This document shows, one piece after another, positions 1-6,031 of a stretch of 6,521 nt of DNA (positions are counted from its first letter, which is position 1; each line of letters starts with the position of its first letter). The notes under the pieces are model-generated. The model was given only the letters and a program-made list of their open reading frames with translations, was not told where the DNA came from and ran no database searches. The position numbers and the translations under genes were made by a program. This stretch comes from Nanobdellota archaeon (GTDB lineage Archaea > Nanobdellota > Nanobdellia > Nanobdellales > Nanobdellaceae). Location: contig JAIXNB010000051.1 of assembly GCA_020697515.1 (NCBI GenBank), positions 1-6,521 of the forward strand. Direction: 5' to 3'.

Positions 1-1
1 A

Positions 2-391
2 GAAGGATATGAATGGGTATTACTATCTCATATTCAAAATATTCCTGAAAATGTTCATCTAATAGATATGGAGATACATTATGGTGATTTGTCGAAAGTA
101 AGAAAATCTCTAGAAAACTTAAAAAATAATGGTTTTTATAAAGCAATTGTAATAGTAAATCCAAGTATTTTGACATTTCCTATATATGTACTATCAAAAA
201 TTCTTGGCGTGCAAAGAAGTATCGATTTGATTAACAAAATATCTTTAATTGAAGAAGTTAAAATGTGTAAATACGATTATCTGTTTAAAAAATCTATAAA
301 CTATGTATCTATTAACTGCTTAATAAATAAGTTACGGAACTTTCTAAGCTATACTGGTGAAGTACAAGTTATATTTGAGAGAAAATACTAG
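2..391 (+). CDS. hypothetical protein, probably 5'-truncated by the window edge (minimal ATG-start version is 68..391)
   Basis: The frame of the 68..391 ORF stays open to position 2 (22 extra sense codons, EGYEWVLLSHIQNIPENVHLID, with no ATG/GTG/TTG among them). The gene therefore either starts at ATG 68 or continues upstream of the window. Stop is TAG at 389..391. I recognised no family motifs in the 129 visible residues. Confidence 0.55.
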   Translation, partial: EGYEWVLLSHIQNIPENVHLIDMEIHYGDLSKVRKSLENLKNNGFYKAIVIVNPSILTFPIYVLSKILGVQRSIDLINKISLIEEVKMCKYDYLFKKSINYVSINCLINKLRNFLSYTGEVQVIFERKY

Positions 392-415
392 AGTATTCTT
401 AAAGTTGATTGAACC

Positions 416-489
416 CGGGCCCGGCGGGATTTGAACCCGCGACCTTCGGGTTAAAAGCCCGACGCTCTGCCAGGCTGAGCTACGGGCCC
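416..489 (-). tRNA. tRNA-Lys(UUU): tRNA-Lys, anticodon UUU, no intron, CCA not encoded
   Basis: The reverse complement folds by hand into a full cloverleaf: GGGCCCG-TA-GCTC-AGCCTGGCA-GAGC-G-TCGGG-CTTTTAA-CCCGA-AGGTC-GCGGG-TTCAAAT-CCCGC-CGGGCCC-G. It has a 7-bp acceptor stem, a 5-bp anticodon stem, anticodon TTT at positions 34-36 and a GTTCAAATC T-loop. It is about 69% G+C by hand count, in a background of about 30%. Confidence 0.95.
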
Positions 490-562
490 ATAAATAGATA
501 TTAATGTAGATTAAACCTTTTTAATTTTATTTTTTCTAAGTACTATAGGATAAGATTCTCAA

Positions 563-1279
563 CTATGCTACTTTTAGAGATCCCAGTACAATATATCCCT
601 CCTTGTTTTTGAAGAATATAACACTAGTTGCTCTTCCCTCAAATTCTGGACCAATTGATGAAACTTTTTTCTCTTCTAAGTAAAAATCTAAAAGAGATCT
701 ATATTTATCTATTATGATAAACTTCTCAGCATTACATATTTCTACCGAAGAATTACCAAATAATTCTATATCGCAATATTTATATCGCCTAACTGCTTTG
801 AAAAACACCACGCTTAGATTTAAATATGGATAGCAAATATATTGCATATTGTTACCACGTAGAGTTATATCTTTTGTTGAAAATAGTATTAGAGATAGTT
901 TAGAGATTATGTTATGTGTAGAGTTCTGTTCAAATTTATAACACCTTACACCATAATTATAGAACTTTATACAATTACTACAAGGTATATTTTTGTAGGA
1001 TTTATCCAAAAAAATAATAAATGGATATTGCTCATACCTAAACAAAAAATTCTTGTAGTTTTTCTGAAACAGCTCTGATATTTCTTGATAAGTCATTGAT
1101 TCATTGATTAAAATATATAAAGCCAAGCTAGATGCTTTTTGAAGTTGTATAAATTGGTAAATTTGGTCATAGATAAACTGTGAAAAATCTATATATCTAT
1201 TAACTATAAAAAGTACAACAGATATAAATATTCCAAATGTTATTAAAAACTCTATCCAGGATATACCCCTTCTCCCCAT
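563..1279 (-). CDS. putative type IV pilin-like protein (class III / prepilin-type signal peptide), secreted Cys- and sequon-containing globular part
   Basis: 238-codon ATG ORF whose start lies 1 nt after the stop of the upstream T2SSF gene, which looks like an operon. The N-terminus MGRRG|ISWIEFLITFGIFISVVLFIV has a short basic leader, a Gly, then about 21 hydrophobic residues with Glu at +5. The rest carries 6 Cys and 4 N-x-S/T sequons (NES, NST, NLS, NSS). I recognised no homologue for the globular part. Confidence 0.7.
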   Translation of the reverse strand: MGRRGISWIEFLITFGIFISVVLFIVNRYIDFSQFIYDQIYQFIQLQKASSLALYILINESMTYQEISELFQKNYKNFLFRYEQYPFIIFLDKSYKNIPCSNCIKFYNYGVRCYKFEQNSTHNIISKLSLILFSTKDITLRGNNMQYICYPYLNLSVVFFKAVRRYKYCDIELFGNSSVEICNAEKFIIIDKYRSLLDFYLEEKKVSSIGPEFEGRATSVIFFKNKEGYIVLGSLKVA

Positions 1280-1280
1280 T

Positions 1281-2462
1281 TTAGCTTACCACAAATCTAT
1301 CCTCTTTAGCGTATCTTTTACCATTTCTAGTATAAACAGCTTGAACTCTATACTCTCCTCTAGCAGTTGGTGTATACTTGTATACAAATTTTCCGTTTTT
1401 TATCGGGATAGACTCTGTGATACTTGCCGGCCCGATTATGTTGATATGAATATTCTCGTTATTAATAGGAACTGCATCCACTGCCACCATACCCTCCACT
1501 TGTATCTCTTGAGAAAGGTATGCTTGCTTTGGATATACGAATAAAGATAGACTAACTTGCTCTGGTAGTATAAATAGAAGAGCAATTACTAGAGCACTTG
1601 TCAATGTTATTGCTAAATGCTTCAACCCAGAAGAAATTTTTCCAGTTTCAACAACACCTATCACAAAAGCAATTATAACCCCTTCTATAATTATTGCAAG
1701 GGCAGATATTATCTTAAAGCTCTTTAAATCTAATGTTTGAGAGGCCATACCAAAAACGCCTTGGGTACCTTTTAACATGACTTGTTGAGTTATCATAGGT
1801 TGCAGAACATATTTCAACATTACGATTAAACCTACAAAGATGAAGAATATTACATACAATACCATCACTTGCTGTGAAATATATGATTTTTTTAATTTAT
1901 CCAATTCCTTAATACTCTCTAGGTCATTTGCCACAGTTTCTAGAACCTTTTCCATATTGCCTCCTTCTTTATATGCTTCTAGTATTATATAGTTTGCTCT
2001 AACTATGGTTGGGTTGTTTTTGAAGAATTTATTATATTTCTCAAAAGCTTTTGAAAAGTCAACCCCCCATGATAACCATGTATATAGCTTTTTAATAAAT
2101 GGGGATAAAGGCCCATAATCTACTTGTGACACATGTTTTAATGCTTGTACTAGGGTCATACCCGATGCTAATGCTTCTGCAAGATCTCTTAAGAAGGAAG
2201 GATATCTCTCCTCAATATTTTTATCTAAATTTTGAGTATAAACCTTATAGAAAAGGATAGGAAGGAATGCTATTGAAAAAGTTATTATTATCAGCAATGC
2301 GAGTGTTTCGTATGTTTTATGGAGGTTCCAGACAATTCCAATAAAAAGTATAAGTAATGCAGAGATAATAGATAGTAAGGCGATCAATAGGCCATGAGAT
2401 ACCATTAGTTTTCCAAATCTTACTTTTCGGTACTCCTCTGGACCTACTTTAATAACATCCAT
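1281..2462 (-). CDS. type II secretion system F (T2SSF) domain membrane protein, FlaJ/PilC/TadC-like, single repeat, with C-terminal beta-rich extension
   Basis: 393-codon ATG ORF. It has two N-terminal TM helices, then a ~120-aa soluble helical segment with the T2SSF-like pattern (YPSFLRDLAEALASGMTLVQALKHV...GPLSPFIKKLYTWLSWGVDFSKAFEKY...ILEAYKEGGNMEKVLETVANDLE). Three more TM helices follow, then ~90 non-hydrophobic beta-type residues (IQVEGMVAVDAVPINNENIHINIIGP...NGKFVYKYTPTARGEYRVQAVY). Confidence 0.88.
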   Translation of the reverse strand: MDVIKVGPEEYRKVRFGKLMVSHGLLIALLSIISALLILFIGIVWNLHKTYETLALLIIITFSIAFLPILFYKVYTQNLDKNIEERYPSFLRDLAEALASGMTLVQALKHVSQVDYGPLSPFIKKLYTWLSWGVDFSKAFEKYNKFFKNNPTIVRANYIILEAYKEGGNMEKVLETVANDLESIKELDKLKKSYISQQVMVLYVIFFIFVGLIVMLKYVLQPMITQQVMLKGTQGVFGMASQTLDLKSFKIISALAIIIEGVIIAFVIGVVETGKISSGLKHLAITLTSALVIALLFILPEQVSLSLFVYPKQAYLSQEIQVEGMVAVDAVPINNENIHINIIGPASITESIPIKNGKFVYKYTPTARGEYRVQAVYTRNGKRYAKEDRFVVS

Positions 2463-2503
2463 TATAAATAATTTTATTTTTTGACATAAAATAAAAATTT
2501 AAT
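2463..2503. promoter_or_regulatory. 41-bp bidirectional promoter region with two crossed TATA-like boxes for the divergent T2SSF genes
   Basis: On the + strand, TTTTATTTTTT (2472..2482) begins 32 nt before ATG 2504. On the - strand, TTTTTATTTTAT (2497..2486) begins 35 nt before the ATG at 2462. There is no space for leaders or Shine-Dalgarno elements. The two arms form a quasi-palindrome around TTGACA. Confidence 0.5.
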
Positions 2504-3394
2504 ATGGGATTTGGAATTAAAGTGTATAGAGTTTTTAGACCTATTATAGATCCTCTGTTCTTACCCTTCTTCAGAGATATTGAGCCTATTTTAAAAAAAG
2601 CTCGAATAAACAAAGATATTGCGGAATATCTGGGTGATACATTTATCTATTCCATAATAATAGCTACATTTTTTGCAATTTTTGGTATAATAGCAGGAAT
2701 TATCGTAGTTGCCGTGGGTAAAAATCCAAAATTGATGATATTACTTCCAGTATTTGCTATGATAGCTCTTCTTGTTGGATTTACTTTTAGTATTCTGTTC
2801 TTTAGAATATATCCAAGTTTAATTGTATCCTCAAGAGCAAGGAAAATAGATAATGCATTATATCTTGCAACAATATATATGGCAACTATAGCTACCAGTG
2901 GAAGTAACCCATTAACAATGTTTTCTTTACTGGCTAAATACAAAGAATTCTCTGAAATATCTAAGGAAGCCGCAGATATTGTACAGTACGTTAGAGGTCT
3001 AGGTATGGATCTTGCAACAGCTTTACATATAAAAGCTGCGAACTCTCCTTCAAGAGAATGGAAAGAACTTTTAGAAGGAATAAGATCAATAATTATGGAA
3101 GGAGGTGATCTCGAGAAGTTTTTATATGATAAGGCTCACCAATATATTCAGGACTTCAAAAGAAAACTTGTGGAGTATACTAACTCTATGCAAGTCATAC
3201 TAGAGATTTATATTACAATGATAATAGTTGGAGTAATCTTCGTCCTAATTTTAACAACCTTACTAGGATCCATAATGGGTGGTAATGCAAAAATGATACA
3301 GCAGATGCAGATGTTTCTAGTTTTAGTATTTTTACCAGCATCTACTATTGTGTTTATATTAATTTTAAAAGCAATGAGTCCATTTGAGGTTTAG
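2504..3394 (+). CDS. type II secretion system F (T2SSF) domain membrane protein, FlaJ/PilC/TadB-like, single repeat
   Basis: 296-codon ATG ORF. It has two TM helices, then a ~120-aa soluble segment with FlaJ-like motifs (ATIATSGSNPLTMFSLLAKYKEFSEISKEAADIVQYVRGLGMDLATALHIKAANSPSREWKELLEGIRSIIMEGGDLEKFLYDKA), then two C-terminal TM helices. Confidence 0.88.
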   Translation: MGFGIKVYRVFRPIIDPLFLPFFRDIEPILKKARINKDIAEYLGDTFIYSIIIATFFAIFGIIAGIIVVAVGKNPKLMILLPVFAMIALLVGFTFSILFFRIYPSLIVSSRARKIDNALYLATIYMATIATSGSNPLTMFSLLAKYKEFSEISKEAADIVQYVRGLGMDLATALHIKAANSPSREWKELLEGIRSIIMEGGDLEKFLYDKAHQYIQDFKRKLVEYTNSMQVILEIYITMIIVGVIFVLILTTLLGSIMGGNAKMIQQMQMFLVLVFLPASTIVFILILKAMSPFEV

Positions 3395-3436
3395 AGTAGT
3401 TAAAATCTCAACCTTCTTTTAGTTTCATAATAATAC

Positions 3437-5116
3437 CTAAAATGATAAAGCATTTTTTAAAACTATCTCCAGTAGTTCTTTACAATCTATAATAAATTCG
3501 TACTTTCTGGGGTCATATTCAATAATGTCTTTATTTTGTTTTTCTCGGATCACTATTAAGCCATTAAGCGGAAGATATCTTATAAGGTTCTTAACTAAAA
3601 CTTTGTAATCTCCGTACATTGTTCTTCTTCTGCCATTTACGATCATTCTTACTTTTCCATTATATTTAGGAGTTAGATATTGTTTAAACAAATCATAAAG
3701 TTTTTTTACTTTATCCCGTTTGATATATGTCTTACCAAGATTTGTATAAATATATACAATATCTCCATTTTTAAGACCATATCTTATTGTCGATCTTATT
3801 TCGGATATTGTATATCCACTTATTTCTCTAATCCACTCTACGGGTAGTGGATCTTCTAGTAACTCTAAGATTCTCTTTCTGGGACTCTTTTTCCAGATTT
3901 CGTGGAGAATATTCTCAAAAATACCTATGTCTACATACCTTTTAGCTTGGAATATTGAATTTAGAAATAAATCAACATCAATGGTATCAGGAGTTATAAT
4001 ATAAGTTACGAACTTTATTCTTTTCAGAGGACGCATTATTCTCCCATGTCTTTGAATAAAACGTATGGGGCTTGGAGTGTTAGACCATACTATTAACAAG
4101 TCTGCGGCGGGTAGATCTATACCTTCTTCTCCTGCGGATGTTGAAATAATTATTTTTGCGTCCTTCGCTTTTTGTAAGGCTTCTCTTTGATCTACATTTT
4201 TCTTCCCAAGGATTACAACAATATCATGTTCTGTTTTAAGAATATCTTGAAGCATTCTGACAATAACTACTCTATCTACAAATATTATTGCTTTATCAAA
4301 CCCTTCATATGATTTTAATACTTTGAGAAGCACATCTAATTTATGAAGATCCCTTAATCTAAATATTTTATCTCTTAAATCTGAGAGTGCCTCTGAAATT
4401 TTGTTTTTTCTTGATAGAGTATCTTTTAGAGCTAAGGCACCGTCTACTGCAAGATATTTTAATGCAAGAGTGAATAATATTTTATTTTTTGCCTGCAATC
4501 TTCTTCTTTCTATCTCTTTATAGACTGATAATTCTATATTATTTAACGGAGCGTCAAAAATATCTCCTATCCAAGCAGGTATATACTTCCTTAGTTTGGG
4601 ATCGTCTATTGACCACTCTTTTATCTCACCTATTAAGCTTTCAATATACTTTTTTCTAGTAGGTGGTATATATGCAGACAGTCCCAATCTATACTCTGCC
4701 TGAGATTCTCTTAGAAATTTTACATAAGCATCCTCACCTATTGTATGATGACACTCATCTACAACAATAATATCAAAATCTTTTGTAAGTGCTATATCGT
4801 TATATGCTGTCTCTGGAGTTGTTACTACAACTTTTGCAGTTTGCCATAATTTTTTCCTATCATCTTTTTTTAGAAGTCCATATATCTTTTGTACAGGGAG
4901 CCCTTCTTTTTTGTATATTCTGTATGTTTGTTCTACGAGTATTCTGGTAGGTTCAAGTACAATCGCCCTAAGAGAAGGATTTTTATTAATGAGCTCTTTT
5001 ATGAAAAATAAACCAACAAAAGTTTTACCGGTTCCAGTTGGCATGAGTATAACAGATTTTCTCATTTCTAAAGCAAAATTTAAGGCCTCCTTTTGATACT
5101 CTCTTAGTTTTATCAT
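3437..5116 (-). CDS. SF2 DExH-type helicase, Hef/FANCM/RIG-I-like core with inserted helical domain, plus ~185-aa C-terminal extension (winged-helix-like segment and unknown tail)
   Basis: 559-codon ATG ORF. The ordered helicase motifs are: LREYQKEAL (res 4-12), MPTGTGKT (25-32), LEPTRILVEQ (54-63), VVTTPET (97-103), VVDECHH (118-124), LGLSA (144-148), AIIFVD (276-281), STSAGEEGIDLP (325-336) and PSPIRFIQRHGRIMR (348-362). About 125 largely helical residues lie between motifs III and IV. Confidence 0.93.
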   Translation of the reverse strand: MIKLREYQKEALNFALEMRKSVILMPTGTGKTFVGLFFIKELINKNPSLRAIVLEPTRILVEQTYRIYKKEGLPVQKIYGLLKKDDRKKLWQTAKVVVTTPETAYNDIALTKDFDIIVVDECHHTIGEDAYVKFLRESQAEYRLGLSAYIPPTRKKYIESLIGEIKEWSIDDPKLRKYIPAWIGDIFDAPLNNIELSVYKEIERRRLQAKNKILFTLALKYLAVDGALALKDTLSRKNKISEALSDLRDKIFRLRDLHKLDVLLKVLKSYEGFDKAIIFVDRVVIVRMLQDILKTEHDIVVILGKKNVDQREALQKAKDAKIIISTSAGEEGIDLPAADLLIVWSNTPSPIRFIQRHGRIMRPLKRIKFVTYIITPDTIDVDLFLNSIFQAKRYVDIGIFENILHEIWKKSPRKRILELLEDPLPVEWIREISGYTISEIRSTIRYGLKNGDIVYIYTNLGKTYIKRDKVKKLYDLFKQYLTPKYNGKVRMIVNGRRRTMYGDYKVLVKNLIRYLPLNGLIVIREKQNKDIIEYDPRKYEFIIDCKELLEIVLKNALSF

Positions 5117-5149
5117 ACCTTTAAATAAATTAAAAATTAATAGCTATAT
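5117..5149. promoter_or_regulatory. 33-bp bidirectional promoter region shared by the helicase and TIM-barrel genes
   Basis: On the + strand, TTTAAATA (5120..5127) matches the archaeal TATA consensus and begins 30 nt before ATG 5150. On the - strand, ATATAGCTATTAATT (5149..5135) lies 19-33 nt before the ATG at 5116. Both mRNAs would be leaderless or nearly so. Confidence 0.5.
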
Positions 5150-6031
5150 ATGGTGTTGTTTGATTGGGGAACCTACAATGGGTTAACTAAGCTAGATAGA
5201 GCTGAACTATTAGGAATGAAGCTTACAGAGATTCCTCCATATGATTTCAGCAGAAAAAATAATACCCCAAAGTATTTTAAAAGGTATAAAGAAATTGCTA
5301 AGAATGCATTCACAACGATAACTGCACATGCTCCTTATTATGCCCTACTTCCCAGAGATCTGCGAGAAATCGATAAAATTAAAAAAACAATGTTGGATGT
5401 TGCCTTGAAGGCGAAAACTGCTGGTGCGGAAATATTAAATATGCATATAGGAGGTAGCACTGGGGATAAGAATAGAGATGTGGAGATAGTTTCGGATATA
5501 ATGAAATACTTAATCCAAAATACAAATAATATAAAATTCTCTCTAGAGACTACATACACGAAGTATCTCTTTGGATCTATAGAAGATATACAAGCCACTA
5601 TAGAATCTGTTAACTCAGATAGATTATTAATCTCATTACAATTAGAGAACGATTGGATGAGAGAGTTTGAGGTTTTTAGAACTGGAGCTTTTTATAAAGC
5701 AGATAAATATGCAGATAAAAAGTTTTGGTTGAAAATTTTAAAAAAGGGTTTAGAGTTAGGTAATGGTTATCTCAGTTTAAGGTTTTCTCAAATAACAGGA
5801 ATTAAATTACGTGGTATTGTAGTTAAAAAACGAGTTCCTCTTGGTATGGGATATCCAGATCTGGATCTATTGGCAAATGCGCTTGCCGAATTTATGGTGA
5901 GGGAAGTATACCATAAAGAACTAGAAATTAAGATGCACATTATATACACAGGACTGCCGGCTACGAAATATCAAGATACTATAAAACTATACTCTGAGAT
6001 AATGCAGAGAGTTGTTCCACATTTAAAATAA
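5150..6031 (+). CDS. xylose isomerase-like TIM-barrel protein, divergent endonuclease IV (AP endonuclease family 2)-like
   Basis: 293-codon ATG ORF. Three motifs are co-linear with the endonuclease IV signatures and similarly spaced: ITAHAPYYALL (His60), EILNMHIGGS (His99; compare LNFHPGS of E. coli Nfo) and KFSLETTY (Glu133). Later segments (LQLENDW, RVPLGMG) align in order but lack the expected His/Asp/Glu ligands. Confidence 0.8.
   Translation: MVLFDWGTYNGLTKLDRAELLGMKLTEIPPYDFSRKNNTPKYFKRYKEIAKNAFTTITAHAPYYALLPRDLREIDKIKKTMLDVALKAKTAGAEILNMHIGGSTGDKNRDVEIVSDIMKYLIQNTNNIKFSLETTYTKYLFGSIEDIQATIESVNSDRLLISLQLENDWMREFEVFRTGAFYKADKYADKKFWLKILKKGLELGNGYLSLRFSQITGIKLRGIVVKKRVPLGMGYPDLDLLANALAEFMVREVYHKELEIKMHIIYTGLPATKYQDTIKLYSEIMQRVVPHLK

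Noticed and set aside
1092-1107. Tandem 8-mer TCATTGAT-TCATTGAT inside the pilin-like gene, as a possible slippage or phase-variation site
   Set aside because: There are only two copies, and they simply encode INESM on the coding strand. This is too short to argue for programmed slippage.
1341-1544. 67-aa + strand ORF
   Set aside because: It lies entirely antisense within the well-supported 393-aa T2SSF gene. The sequence is low-complexity and Cys/His/Leu-rich with no motifs. It is a typical shadow ORF in AT-rich coding DNA.
2647-2943. 98-aa - strand ORF
   Set aside because: It is fully antisense to the TM-helix region of the 296-aa T2SSF gene. Its hydrophobic Ile/Ala-rich sequence mirrors the sense-strand codons. 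It has no independent promoter space.
3395-3436. Hairpin terminator between the convergent T2SSF and helicase genes (AGTTAAAA…TTTTAGTT)
   Set aside because: The stem is all A-U or G-U pairs and would not be stable in a thermophile. Only short T-runs (for example 3417..3420) are present, so I did not call a terminator feature.
4911-5096. 61-aa + strand ORF
   Set aside because: It is antisense to the Walker A / motif Ia region of the helicase, where the sense frame carries unmistakable conserved motifs.
5338-5598. 86-aa - strand ORF
   Set aside because: It is antisense to the motif-bearing core (HAPYY to SLETT) of the TIM-barrel gene and is a shadow ORF.
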